From positions 3,410-67,409 of the IMG/VR virus record IMGVR_UViG_2690315746_000005: a stretch of DNA of 64,000 nucleotides; one strand, given 5' to 3'. The notes under the pieces were generated by a model, which worked only from the letters and a program-made list of their open reading frames with translations, was not told where the DNA came from and searched no databases. The translations under genes were made by a program, and so were the position numbers. The stretch is from a virus. Taxonomy: Duplodnaviria; Caudoviricetes. This document shows, piece after piece, positions 9,548-18,389 of this stretch; positions within the stretch are counted from its first letter, which is position 1; every line of letters begins with the position of its first letter.

Positions 9548-10107
9548 CAAGCGGCCTTTCTGGTATCGCGGGCGATGGCGGCCCTGATGATGTCGCGACC
9601 GGCGGGCGCGATTTGGTATCCGCGCCCCCAAACGGTCTCGATGACGATGCCGAACGGAGCGATTTTCTTCCGCGTCTTGCAGACCACCACGTCGATGATC
9701 TTGGGATGCGGCGTGCTCGCCGAGATTTCACCGTAGAGGGCGATGTAGATCCCCTCCTTGTGCAGGAACCCCTGCGGCTGATCGGCGAGCGCCTTCAGCA
9801 TCGCGGCTTCCTGGGTGGTCAGGCCCCACTCGCTCGGCAGCAGTTCGTTGGCGAGCGCCAGGCCGCCCTCGTCCAAGACCTTCTCGATCCGATCGAGACG
9901 ACGGGCCATGTCGTCGAGGCGAGCGACGAGGTCGGCATCCTCGAGGCGGCGGAGACGGCGATCGACGCCGGCCAGCTTCACCTCCTTGGGAGCCCTGATG
10001 CGCCCCTCGAGGCGGTCGACCCGCCGCACGATGTGATCGAAGGCCGCTACAGAGCGGTGGCGCAGCCCAGCGTTTGGGCGAGGGTCGGCGTGGGCATCCG
10101 GCGTCAT
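9547..10107 (-). CDS. Coiled-coil + CtrA/OmpR-type winged-helix protein, no receiver domain
   Basis: LTTQEAAML...LYG...PKIIDVVVCKTRKKI...IETVWGRGY. Confidence 0.85.
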   Translation of the reverse strand: MTPDAHADPRPNAGLRHRSVAAFDHIVRRVDRLEGRIRAPKEVKLAGVDRRLRRLEDADLVARLDDMARRLDRIEKVLDEGGLALANELLPSEWGLTTQEAAMLKALADQPQGFLHKEGIYIALYGEISASTPHPKIIDVVVCKTRKKIAPFGIVIETVWGRGYQIAPAGRDIIRAAIARDTRKAA

Positions 10108-10709
10108 GCGGCGTCTCCAATCTGGTCGGTGCCGGGGGCGTGGTCCGGGTCGGCCAAGGCGCGTTCGATCCCTGATTTCAGGGCGGACAGTGACGCGGCC
10201 TCGATGATGTAGCCTTGACCCCAGACGGTCGTGATGAGCGCGTCCGGGCAATAGACTGCGAGCTTGCGTCGGATCTTGCAGATGGCGACGTCGATGATCT
10301 TGACGTGCGGGGGATCATCACATCGCACGCCGTAGACGATCGTGTGTATCCGCTCCTTCGACATCTGGACGCCGCGCATCAGCGCGAACAGGACGTCCCG
10401 TTCGAGAGCAGTGAGCCGCCAGGACGGAGGCAGGCTGACGGTCGGCGCCAGCGCCTCCTCCAGGCGCCGGATTTCTTCCCGCTGCTCGTCGATCATCGCG
10501 AGCAGTTCGGTGATGGTGAGCCGCGTCGGCGGATCGAACACCGCGTTCGAGGGGGGCGCCGCGCGGGTCTCCACCTCGGGGGGGATGGCGCCGGGCGTAC
10601 CCATCCCCTGCTCATGGCGGCGGGCGGCAGCCGCGATCCGGTTGTCGGCGGCCCGCTTCCGGGCCTGCATCTCCTCGCGCGTGCGCGGCTCCTGGCTGAG
10701 GGTCAGCAA
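10104..10709 (-). CDS. Coiled-coil + CtrA/OmpR-type winged-helix protein, no receiver domain (paralog)
   Basis: LTALERDVL...VYG...VKIIDVAICKIRRKL...ITTVWGQGY; TTG start with GAGGAGG RBS. Confidence 0.85.
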   Translation of the reverse strand: MLTLSQEPRTREEMQARKRAADNRIAAAARRHEQGMGTPGAIPPEVETRAAPPSNAVFDPPTRLTITELLAMIDEQREEIRRLEEALAPTVSLPPSWRLTALERDVLFALMRGVQMSKERIHTIVYGVRCDDPPHVKIIDVAICKIRRKLAVYCPDALITTVWGQGYIIEAASLSALKSGIERALADPDHAPGTDQIGDAA

Positions 10710-11239
10710 GGCGCAACCTCCTCGGCTGTGCGGGTGGATAAGGCGGGGGTGGCATTACGCTCGGCGGCGGCCCGAGCCGCGGCCTCGCGATCCCGGGCCC
10801 AGGCGCGGACCCGGTAGTAGTCGACGTGCTGCATCGCCTTGACGGCGGCCCCGCAGCGAGCCGCGTCGAACATCGCGACGTGGCATTCGGCGCATGGAAT
10901 CCCCAGCCGATCGGCCAGGAACTCGTAGACCCGCTGGCGGGCCCGGCGCTGGATGCCCTCCCGGGCCTTCCGGGGCGCATTGGCGTAGGGCGCGATGCGA
11001 TGAGCGGCCCGCCAGATCGGGTCGATGACCAGGTGGACCCGCCGGCGAAGCCGGCGCAGTTCCGGGCCGGCCAGCGTACCGAGCGCCACGGTCGTCGTCG
11101 GGTGGCACCCGACGTAGGCGCCGCAGTCGTCGCAGACCCACATCGGCTTGTCGGCGATCGCGGGCTCGGCGCGGTGCGGGTAGATCTCCGTGCCGTCGGT
11201 GAGGCGGGCGTCGCGCCCGCAGCAGATGGGTGCGGGCAT
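10703..11239 (-). CDS. DUF3268-like zinc-finger phage protein
   Basis: IYPHR..., WVCDDCGAYVGCH...ALGTLAGPELR..R..VH..IDPIW, CHVAMFD. Confidence 0.8.
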   Translation of the reverse strand: MPAPICCGRDARLTDGTEIYPHRAEPAIADKPMWVCDDCGAYVGCHPTTTVALGTLAGPELRRLRRRVHLVIDPIWRAAHRIAPYANAPRKAREGIQRRARQRVYEFLADRLGIPCAECHVAMFDAARCGAAVKAMQHVDYYRVRAWARDREAAARAAAERNATPALSTRTAEEVAPC

Positions 11240-11868
11240 CAGAAGCCGATCTCCCCGTCGCGCTCGCCGGTCGCGTCCTGAATGGCCGACCGGAGGAGGA
11301 TGCGGACGGAGCGGGCCTCATCGACGCCGAGCGGGCCGTCGCCGCGCAGCGGATCCGAGGCGGCGGAGTAGCCGCGGAGCCAGCAGAGCAGGTCGGCCAA
11401 ACCTTCAGAAAGGGCCCGAGCCTGCGCGAGTTCGATCGGGACGTTCACCCAGGGGCCACCCTGGAGGACGCGCGCCGGCGGCCCGCCCGCGGCCGCTTTC
11501 GCATCTTCCAGCTGCTCCTCAAGCTCCCCGATCCGGTCGAGGGCCTGTTCCGGCAGCGCCGTGAAGATGTGGTAGGTGCCGTCGAAGTAGCGCCAACGCC
11601 CGTGATGCCGGGCCATTGCCGCCTTCAGGTCGAGTTCGGGCGTGCCTGACGGCGAGGCTGTTTCCGCCGGCCCGGGGACGACCCGGTCGGCGGCCGGCGC
11701 CGCGCTGCCCGTCTTGCTCATACCGAACAGCCCGGCCTTGATGTCCGGGTGTGTGAGCGAGGCGATCTGGCCGAGCAGTTCGTCCCAGCCCAGACCCTTC
11801 GAGACTTGCCCGCCTTGCTGGACGTTGAAGTGCCCGCCCTCGGGGGTGATGATGATGGAGAGCGCCAT
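11239..11868 (-). CDS. Hypothetical phage protein
   Basis: Coupled ORF in the early operon. Confidence 0.6.
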   Translation of the reverse strand: MALSIIITPEGGHFNVQQGGQVSKGLGWDELLGQIASLTHPDIKAGLFGMSKTGSAAPAADRVVPGPAETASPSGTPELDLKAAMARHHGRWRYFDGTYHIFTALPEQALDRIGELEEQLEDAKAAAGGPPARVLQGGPWVNVPIELAQARALSEGLADLLCWLRGYSAASDPLRGDGPLGVDEARSVRILLRSAIQDATGERDGEIGF

Positions 11869-11871
11869 CGA

Positions 11872-12915
11872 TCACGCCTCCACCGAGTCGAAGCCGGCCT
11901 TCCACGCCGCCATGCGGTCAGGGTCGGCGGTGATGTCCGGGTTTAGGCACTTCTTGGCGCCGCGCTTCGCCGCGGTGACGCCGCGCTTGAAGTCCTCGTC
12001 GTTCGGGTCGACCCGCGGCGCGTCGCCCAGGGCGGCGAGGGCGTCGTCGCCCGGGAAGCCGTCACCGCCGGCGCCGGCCTCGTCCCGATCGGGCCCCGGG
12101 TCGTGCCGGTCACCGCTTCCGCCGACATCGTCGTCCTGGTCGACGATGTCGTCCTCGCCGTGATCGTCCTCGAGCATCGGCTCGGCAGCGACCGGCCGCT
12201 CGGCACGAGCCGGTGCGGGCGCCGGGCGGGCGGCAAGCTGGTCGAGACGGCCGGCGAGCGCGGTCGGCGCCGGGGCAGTCCCGACAACCTCGAACGCACC
12301 ACCGGGCACGGTCTGGACCGCCTGAACCTCCTCGACGTCGTAGACCCCGAGCAGCACGTCCGGGAAATGTCGGCGGCAGAGGGCGCGGCCGGCGTAGTAG
12401 CTCTGCTGCTGGTCCGGATCGGACTTCCAGAGCGGCGAGTTCTTGGGGGTGATCTTGCCGTACGGCGGGCTCCGGTACTCGACGACGTCGCCGCCATCCT
12501 CGTCCCGCAGGCGCGCCGAAGCGATGCAGATCCGGGCGTCACCCTCGCCCTCGAATTCGAAGCGGATGCGGCCCTTGATGGGAGCGCGCTTCAGGATCAC
12601 GGCCTGGACCAGCTGCGACTCGTAGGCGATCTGGTCGTTGACGAAATAGGACTTGTTCGCGACCGCGTAGGGCGACATGCCCCACTCGGCCGCCTGCGTC
12701 GCGATCGCCAGGCAGGCGCCCACGTTGCCGCGGAGATGCTTGCGGACGCCGGCCGATGACAGTGCCATCAGCTTGGCGAAGTCCATCAGCTGCGCAGCGT
12801 TCGCGAAGGCGACACCCCCGCCGACGCTGACGGACAGGTTGGCGGTGTCCTGCGGGTTGATGCGCTCCGCGATCTTCTGCTCGGTCGCGGACAGGGTGAG
12901 AGCACCGGCGCTCAT
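11872..12915 (-). CDS. recT: RecT-family ssDNA annealing recombinase
   Basis: FAKLMA...HLRGNVGACLAIATQAAEWGMSPYAVANKSYFVN..IAYESQL, SPLWKSDPDQQ, R.LCRRHFPDVLLGVY; next to exonuclease. Confidence 0.85.
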   Translation of the reverse strand: MSAGALTLSATEQKIAERINPQDTANLSVSVGGGVAFANAAQLMDFAKLMALSSAGVRKHLRGNVGACLAIATQAAEWGMSPYAVANKSYFVNDQIAYESQLVQAVILKRAPIKGRIRFEFEGEGDARICIASARLRDEDGGDVVEYRSPPYGKITPKNSPLWKSDPDQQQSYYAGRALCRRHFPDVLLGVYDVEEVQAVQTVPGGAFEVVGTAPAPTALAGRLDQLAARPAPAPARAERPVAAEPMLEDDHGEDDIVDQDDDVGGSGDRHDPGPDRDEAGAGGDGFPGDDALAALGDAPRVDPNDEDFKRGVTAAKRGAKKCLNPDITADPDRMAAWKAGFDSVEA

Positions 12916-13853
12916 GCGGCGTTCCTTTTCGGGTAGCGGATGCGGAGGACGGGGAAGGTCGACGCGCGCACGACGTGCTCGGCGCGGGTCTGCATGGTCC
13001 GGGTGATCTCCCGGCCATCGGCGAGCCGGCCCACGGGGGCGCCGGCCAGCAGCTCGGTCAGTTCGGCGTTGATCGCCTTCTTGCGGGCTTCGGCCTCGCG
13101 GATCGCGTCGGCGAGGGCGAGGTGCTCGTCGACGAGGACCGGCGCGCGGTTGCTGGCGCTCAGGTCGAGCACCGGACCGTTGGCGTCCGGCGGCCACAGC
13201 GCGTTGAGGGTGCCGCCGTCCTGGGTGTAGTGGGCCGCCGGCGCCTCGCCGGCCGCGACCCGGGCCCAGAACAGCCGGGTCTCGTCGACGAGCCGCGTCC
13301 AGATCCCGTCGTGCAGCGGGATCTCGATGACGTGGAGCTCGATACCGTGCCCGACGACGAGGAGAGCGATGACCGCCCAGGACTCACCGGCGAGGCGCGC
13401 CTCGACGATGGCCTGGACGGCGATCCACAGCGGCGGCTGGAGGACGCGAGACTCGTCCAGCCACTTGCTGCGGAAGACGAGGTCCGAGGTGGTCTTCACC
13501 TGGACGACACCGCGGCCGGGCCGGGCCGGATCAACGGCGTAGGCATCCGGCGTGCAGCCGATGCGGAGGCCCGGCGCCCGGAGGTAGACGTCGTTGGCCG
13601 GAATCACCCGCCAGTCCGGGCGCTCCTCGGCGAGCAGCTGCAGCGCGATCGGCTCGAGGAGCCGGCCGCGGCGCATCGCCGGCGTCTCCTCCGGGTCCTC
13701 GGTCACGAGGCCGGACTTGAGCGCCCAGAGGGCGAGGGGGGTGGTGTACTCGTGGACGCCGAGCAGGGCGCCGGCGACCGAGGCGGTGACGTCCTGAGCC
13801 CGCAGGCCGAGCCAGGCGTCGCGCGTCGTGATGGGATGGCGCTCGACCTTCAC
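12912..13853 (-). CDS. YqaJ/lambda-exonuclease-like recombination nuclease
   Basis: WLGLR...TAS...LG...Y.TPLALWALK, MRRGRLLEP, GCTPDA, VQVKT. Confidence 0.9.
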   Translation of the reverse strand: MKVERHPITTRDAWLGLRAQDVTASVAGALLGVHEYTTPLALWALKSGLVTEDPEETPAMRRGRLLEPIALQLLAEERPDWRVIPANDVYLRAPGLRIGCTPDAYAVDPARPGRGVVQVKTTSDLVFRSKWLDESRVLQPPLWIAVQAIVEARLAGESWAVIALLVVGHGIELHVIEIPLHDGIWTRLVDETRLFWARVAAGEAPAAHYTQDGGTLNALWPPDANGPVLDLSASNRAPVLVDEHLALADAIREAEARKKAINAELTELLAGAPVGRLADGREITRTMQTRAEHVVRASTFPVLRIRYPKRNAA

Positions 13854-14053
13854 AGGGCGCCCCCAAGCAGCCAGCGGGTGACGCCCGCCATAGCAAGGGC
13901 AAGGAAAATGCCCCCGTAGAAGGCGTTGCGTTCCTCCCGACGAGCAGATTTCGTGGTGGCCTTCACCCCGTCGGCAAGGGCCTGGAGAGCCATCGCGAAC
14001 AAGAGCGCCGCCGTGCCGTAGCCGATGAGCGCGATCAGAATTACGCCCAGCAT
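13850..14053 (-). CDS. Small two-TM membrane protein
   Basis: MLGVILIALIGYGTAALLFAMAL...FYGGIFLALAMAGV. Confidence 0.6.
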   Translation of the reverse strand: MLGVILIALIGYGTAALLFAMALQALADGVKATTKSARREERNAFYGGIFLALAMAGVTRWLLGGAL

Positions 14054-14226
14054 CAGCGCCACCGCCGATGGCGTGCCACGGCCGCCACGAGGTGCCGGCT
14101 GGGCTGGGTGGGCTGGGCGGCGCGGATGGTCGCGAGGCCGTGGGGCACCGCGAGCATCAGGGCGAGCACGAGGGGCCCGCCGAACACGAGAAGGCACGCC
14201 AGCTGCTGCTGGACAGCGATGGACAC
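14053..14226 (-). CDS. Small membrane protein
   Basis: Read by hand: GTG with GGAG RBS; MSIAVQQQLACLLVFGGPLVLALMLAV...; stop overlaps next ATG. Confidence 0.5.
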   Translation of the reverse strand: MSIAVQQQLACLLVFGGPLVLALMLAVPHGLATIRAAQPTQPSRHLVAAVARHRRWR

Positions 14227-14284
14227 AGGTGCGTCTCCAGGATGTAGGGGGAGGGGGCCGCCGGCGCCGCGCGCCGGCGCGGGA

Positions 14285-14527
14285 TCAGGCTTCGTCGGCC
14301 GGGCCCTGGGCCGCGTAGAATTCGGCCATCAGGAACAGGGCGTTGTCGGAAAAAGCAGCGAGGCCGAGGTGCCCGATCGCCAGCGCGACGGCCCGCTGAT
14401 CAGCATCGCGGGACAGGCCGCGGTGCATCAGGACCTCGGACGTCGCGACGGCGCGGCGGGCCTTGAGCAGGCCGTCAAGGTCGACCGGCGGCGCGATGAA
14501 GGGGAGGGGAGCGGAGGTCTGCGCCAT
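14285..14527 (-). CDS. Hypothetical phage protein
   Basis: MAQTSAPLPFIAPP...; GAGGG RBS. Confidence 0.55.
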   Translation of the reverse strand: MAQTSAPLPFIAPPVDLDGLLKARRAVATSEVLMHRGLSRDADQRAVALAIGHLGLAAFSDNALFLMAEFYAAQGPADEA

Positions 14528-14535
14528 GACCGCCC

Positions 14536-14943
14536 TCAGCCCTGAACCTGGGAGCGGTAGGTGGCGGCGTCGTGCGTCGTGAGATCGGGAAGCCCCTGTT
14601 CCGACGCCCGGATCATACCCATCAGCGCCGACGCGACGTCGTCCTCGTCGTTCGGGTTCAGGCGGTCGGGCTCGACGCCGAGGAGCTCGAACCGAAGCTC
14701 GTCGATCGCGGCGCGGGCGGCGAAGACCGCGCGGACCGCGTCGGTGACGGTGACAAGGTCGTCCTGACCCCGAACGAGGCGGATGGCGCCGCCCGCCACC
14801 CGCACGGTGAGCGCGTCGAGAGAGACCTCGGCGACGCTCAAGGCGGCGCGGGCGTCGGCCAGGCGGGTCGCCCGGCGCAGCTCGATCAGAGCGGGGCCGC
14901 TGACCAGCGGCGAATTGCGGTTGAAGGCGCCGACGAACGACAC
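14536..14943 (-). CDS. Hypothetical protein, first gene of the leftward early operon
   Basis: GTG start with GGAG RBS just downstream of the operator region. Confidence 0.6.
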   Translation of the reverse strand: MSFVGAFNRNSPLVSGPALIELRRATRLADARAALSVAEVSLDALTVRVAGGAIRLVRGQDDLVTVTDAVRAVFAARAAIDELRFELLGVEPDRLNPNDEDDVASALMGMIRASEQGLPDLTTHDAATYRSQVQG

Positions 14944-14977
14944 TGGCTTGCTCCATCGCGGTGTGGCGATGGGAAAT

Positions 14978-15030
14978 TGCTACTCGACGTAGTAAGATTG
15001 GTCAATCGCGTTTTGCTTCCAAACGTAGCA
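14978..15030. promoter_or_regulatory. Left operator: two 17-bp TGCTAC-N5-GTAGCA-like sites
   Basis: TGCTACTCGACGTAGTA at 14978-14994 and TGCTTCCAAACGTAGCA at 15014-15030; the motif recurs between cI and cro. Confidence 0.8.
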
Positions 15031-15127
15031 AAAAGCAGCGCCAAGTAGCGACCCGCGGGCGGTCGTGGATCAAGGCGCGAATTTTTTTGCGCGGCCGTTG
15101 ACCGTCGTTACAACTCCGGCGTTCATA

Positions 15128-15142
15128 GAACGGAAAAGGAAC
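15128..15142 (+). promoter_or_regulatory. Alphaproteobacterial LexA (SOS) box
   Basis: GAAC-GGAAAAG-GAAC, downstream of TTGACC (15098) and upstream of ORF 15156. Confidence 0.75.
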
Positions 15143-15155
15143 AGAGGGGCGCTGG

Positions 15156-15392
15156 GTGTCACAGCAGATGGTCGCCGCCACCGGGCTCGTCGAGCAGCGC
15201 TACAAGCTGCGGCTCCGGTGCATAGGGTGCCCGGGGGAAGCGCACGCGAGGGTGACTTTCGGCCTTGCCCGGCCGGACCGCCAGGCGGTCGATACCCGGG
15301 TGCGTGCGATGGCGGCACATCTTGCCTTCTCGTGCCCAAGATGTACCGGCACGGCCGGGCGGCTGGTAGCGTATTTTCCAGATAGAACTTGA
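15156..15392 (+). CDS. Small CxxC...CxxC zinc-binding protein, LexA-boxed
   Basis: CIGC and CPRC pairs; own promoter and SOS box; convergent with repressor. Confidence 0.6.
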   Translation: MSQQMVAATGLVEQRYKLRLRCIGCPGEAHARVTFGLARPDRQAVDTRVRAMAAHLAFSCPRCTGTAGRLVAYFPDRT

Positions 15393-15408
15393 GACGCCGT
15401 TCGGCGTC

Positions 15409-16188
15409 TCAGAGGTCGAGTTCGTTGATGATGCGCCGAGCGACCGCGAGAATGCGAACCGTTCTGCCGTCGTCGGCCTCTATATTGTGCTTGATGATGA
15501 TCGGCTTATGGGCCGCGTTGGTCGAGCGCGGATGTAGCTCATACCGATCTTCATAGATCTCAAGCTGCTTGATCGAAAGCTCGCGCAGAAGCCCCCCGTT
15601 CAGCGTCTGCTCGACGACAACGATCATGCCATCGCGCAGCGGTAGCCGGCCCTGGAAGGCCTCATAGTCGATACCGACGACTATATCACCTGACAAAATA
15701 GGGCGCTTCTTCAGCGCATTCATACTATCCCCGGAAACCTCATAATAATATTGTTTCAAGTTTGGGAATTCCCGATCCGGCAAGCCTAGCATCGGCGGCG
15801 GCGGATCGTCGTTATATTCGTCGACAGAGCGAAAAGCGCCGGCTTCCACGATCCCACCTGGAGTAATCTCAACGCCCCGGTGTACAATTTCCGTTAGACC
15901 CGGTCTACGTGTCCCGGGGTGGCCGCTAACGACTTGTTCAGCGCCATCGCCGCCGCCGAGTCCGCCGGCTTGATCGGTCCCAAGCAGCAGCCATTCGGGC
16001 GTCACGCCGAAACGGCGCGCGTACTGCCTTGCGTGCTCGGGCTTGTAAGCCCTGGCGCCCGGGTCGCCCGCGCGCTCGTGGGAGTTGTAGGTCGCGATGG
16101 GTACGCCGATGGCCTCGGCCGCGGCCGACGCGGACCGGAACCCTGCTCTCTTTCTCGCCTCGCGAAGGCGCTTGCCCGGAGTGTCCAT
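15409..16188 (-). CDS. CI-like repressor (XRE HTH + S24 autopeptidase)
   Basis: GKRLREARKRAG..SASAAAEAIGV, FGVTPEWLLLG, VEAG cleavage site, VSGDSM Ser, SIKQL Lys. Confidence 0.92.
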   Translation of the reverse strand: MDTPGKRLREARKRAGFRSASAAAEAIGVPIATYNSHERAGDPGARAYKPEHARQYARRFGVTPEWLLLGTDQAGGLGGGDGAEQVVSGHPGTRRPGLTEIVHRGVEITPGGIVEAGAFRSVDEYNDDPPPPMLGLPDREFPNLKQYYYEVSGDSMNALKKRPILSGDIVVGIDYEAFQGRLPLRDGMIVVVEQTLNGGLLRELSIKQLEIYEDRYELHPRSTNAAHKPIIIKHNIEADDGRTVRILAVARRIINELDL

Positions 16189-16274
16189 GTAACAAGGCGT
16201 AGCAAAACGCCTGCTTCGTTGGGTGGTGATCATTGCTACAGACGGGTTGATCATTTTTGCTACCCGACGTAGTA
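16188..16274. promoter_or_regulatory. Right operator between cI and cro
   Basis: TGTAACAAGGCGTAGCA 16188-16204, half-site TGCTAC 16234, TGCTACCCGACGTAGTA 16258-16274. Confidence 0.8.
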
Positions 16275-16281
16275 GAAAGGC

Positions 16282-16515
16282 ATGAGCACCGTCTCCGACC
16301 TCATCGCCAAGTGGCCGAGCATCTCGGACTGGGCCCGCGACCTCGGGCTCAGGCCGTCGCACGGCACCGTCATCAAGCACCGGGGAAGCATCCCCGTGGC
16401 GTACTGGCCGAAGATGATCGCGGCCGCGGAGCAGCGCGGCATCAATGGCGTCACATACGAGGCGCTGGCGTTGATCCACGCCGCGGCGGCCCGCGCAGAA
16501 GCCGGGGCCGCGTGA
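16282..16515 (+). CDS. Cro-like protein
   Basis: 77 aa HTH divergent from cI: LIAKWPSISDWARDLGL...RGSIPVAYW. Confidence 0.85.
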   Translation: MSTVSDLIAKWPSISDWARDLGLRPSHGTVIKHRGSIPVAYWPKMIAAAEQRGINGVTYEALALIHAAAARAEAGAA

Positions 16516-16771
16516 TGAGCGGCGGGACCGGATTTGCTCCGAAGAGCCGCCGTATTGCAGCATCGTGTCTGCATCGGCTCTACATCTTCGCGCCCGGTCA
16601 TTGCCCGCCTCTGCTCTCACGCCAAGCATCTATACATCGCTACGTCGGCCTACAACGGCGCGGTCCAGTTAAGAAGTCCTGATTTTTCGCGAGGGCGACT
16701 GCGCACAGTTGCCCTTTTCGCGTTTCACGGCCGCCGGAGCGGCCCCATCCCCCGAAATCGAGGAGCCGCAG

Positions 16772-17173
16772 ATGGCGAAGCCAATGAAAGACGAGGGCGG
16801 CAAGGGCGTCAGCGCAGAGACGCTGGAAACGCTGGTCCGCGAGTGCGCGTCGATCAAGTCTAAGATGGATACGGCTCGCGGCGAACTCGGATCGACGATC
16901 AAGGACGCCGAGGAGACCCACGGCATCAATCGGCCGGCCTTCAAGCTGGCGATGAAGCTCAAGGGCCAGGAGACCGACAAGCGCCGCGACTTCATGCGGT
17001 CGTTTAAGGACTACTGCGAGAAGCTGGGGCTCAATAGCCAGCTCGATATGTTCGAGCAGGACGACGACGCCCCCGAGGCCGAGGCCGCGGCCGCCGATCA
17101 GGGCGAAGCCGCCGGCAAGGCGAACGCGAAGCGCGTCCGCAGCGGCATCAAGCCCCTCGAGGGCGTGCACTGA
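16772..17173 (+). CDS. GapR/DUF2312-like nucleoid-associated protein
   Basis: LETLVRE...IKDAEETHGINRPAFKLAMKLKGQETDKRR.....DY...LG follows the GapR helical pattern; GAGGAG RBS. Confidence 0.6.
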   Translation: MAKPMKDEGGKGVSAETLETLVRECASIKSKMDTARGELGSTIKDAEETHGINRPAFKLAMKLKGQETDKRRDFMRSFKDYCEKLGLNSQLDMFEQDDDAPEAEAAAADQGEAAGKANAKRVRSGIKPLEGVH

Positions 17174-17174
17174 C

Positions 17175-17702
17175 ATGACCCAGCTGCCCCGCATCCTCGG
17201 CCTGGACCTGTCCGTGAAGGGCACGGGCTGGGCCCTTGCCGCCCCCGACGAGGATCTGCGCTTCGGCACCCACCCTCTGCCGTCGACCGGCGCGGATGTG
17301 GGGCGGCTCCTGGTGGCCTTCGACGAGTGGCTGCGGCTGCGCCTCGGGGGCGAGAACGTCGGCGTCGTGATCTTCGAAGCGCCGATCCTGACCGGCGGCA
17401 AAACACACGTCATGACCGCCCGCAAGCTGATGAACCTCGCCGGTCACGTCGAATTCGTCTGCTCGCAACTCGGCATCACCTGCCGCGAGCAGCACATCAG
17501 CACGAACAAGAAGGAATTCACCGGCAACGGCGCGGCCGACAAGGACGCGATGATCGCGATGGCCAGGGCCTATGGCTGGGCGGTGACCGACGACAACCAA
17601 GCCGACGCCTGCGGCCTCTGGGTCGGCGGCGTCCTCAAATTCGCGCCCAAGCACGCCGGCCGGCTGCGCCTCGGACCGCTCGGCGGCCGGAGGGTCGCAT
17701 GA
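17175..17702 (+). CDS. RuvC-like Holliday junction resolvase
   Basis: RILGLDLSVKGTGWA, VIFEAP, FTGNGAADK, DDNQADA. Confidence 0.8.
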   Translation: MTQLPRILGLDLSVKGTGWALAAPDEDLRFGTHPLPSTGADVGRLLVAFDEWLRLRLGGENVGVVIFEAPILTGGKTHVMTARKLMNLAGHVEFVCSQLGITCREQHISTNKKEFTGNGAADKDAMIAMARAYGWAVTDDNQADACGLWVGGVLKFAPKHAGRLRLGPLGGRRVA

Positions 17703-18388
17703 AGCCCGCCGGTGGCCTTGCCGTCATGGCGAGCCGGCGCGAGCCGCCGGACAGCCTCGAATTCTTCCCCACGCCACCATGGGCCACCCGGGCACTGTGC
17801 GAGCACGTCCTGCCCCACCTCGGGCTCGCGAAGGCGATGGAGCACTGCGCCTGCTGGGATCCGGCCTGCGGCGAAGGCCACATGGCCGAGGTGCTGTTCG
17901 AGTATTTCAACGGCGGCTGGGGCTCTGACATTTTCGACTACGGGCGCGGCTACCGGGTCGAGGACTTCCTGAACGAGGAGACCGTCATCGGCTCGCCAGA
18001 GGACGGCATGGCGCCCGAGTTCATCATCACCAACCCGCCGTTCCGGCCGGCCGCGGCCTTCGCGCTCCGGGCGATGACCCTGGCACCGGTCGTGGCGCTC
18101 CTGCTGCGCACCGCCTGGATAGAGGGTGTCGAGCGGTACGAGACCCTGTTCCGCGACCGGCCGCCGACCCTCTACGCGCCGTTCGTCGAGCGGGTCCCGA
18201 TGACGAAGGGCCGTTGGGACCCGAAGGCGAGCACGGCGACGAGCTACGCCTGGTTCGTCTGGGTGCGCGGGCGCGATCCGCTGCCGGTGTTCTGGATCCC
18301 ACCGGGCTGCCGGCAGGCGCTGACCAAGGCCGGCGATGTCGAGCGGTTCGGCGTGCGGACGCCGGCGCCCCTGTTCGAGGTGGCCTGA
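17699..18388 (+). CDS. Amino (N6-A/N4-C) DNA methyltransferase
   Basis: FFPTPPWAT, WDPACGEGHM, IITNPPF, YAWFVW. Confidence 0.85.
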   Translation: MKPAGGLAVMASRREPPDSLEFFPTPPWATRALCEHVLPHLGLAKAMEHCACWDPACGEGHMAEVLFEYFNGGWGSDIFDYGRGYRVEDFLNEETVIGSPEDGMAPEFIITNPPFRPAAAFALRAMTLAPVVALLLRTAWIEGVERYETLFRDRPPTLYAPFVERVPMTKGRWDPKASTATSYAWFVWVRGRDPLPVFWIPPGCRQALTKAGDVERFGVRTPAPLFEVA

Positions 18389-18389
18389 C

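Noticed and set aside
37-14900. Many long plus-strand ORFs (e.g. 37-1569, 2934-4922, 4639-6108)
   Set aside because: Antisense shadows of real minus-strand genes in high-GC DNA; Arg/Pro/Ala-rich with no motifs
14960-16300. CtrA boxes (TTAA-N7-TTAA) in phage control regions
   Set aside because: None seen by eye; a PWM scan would be needed
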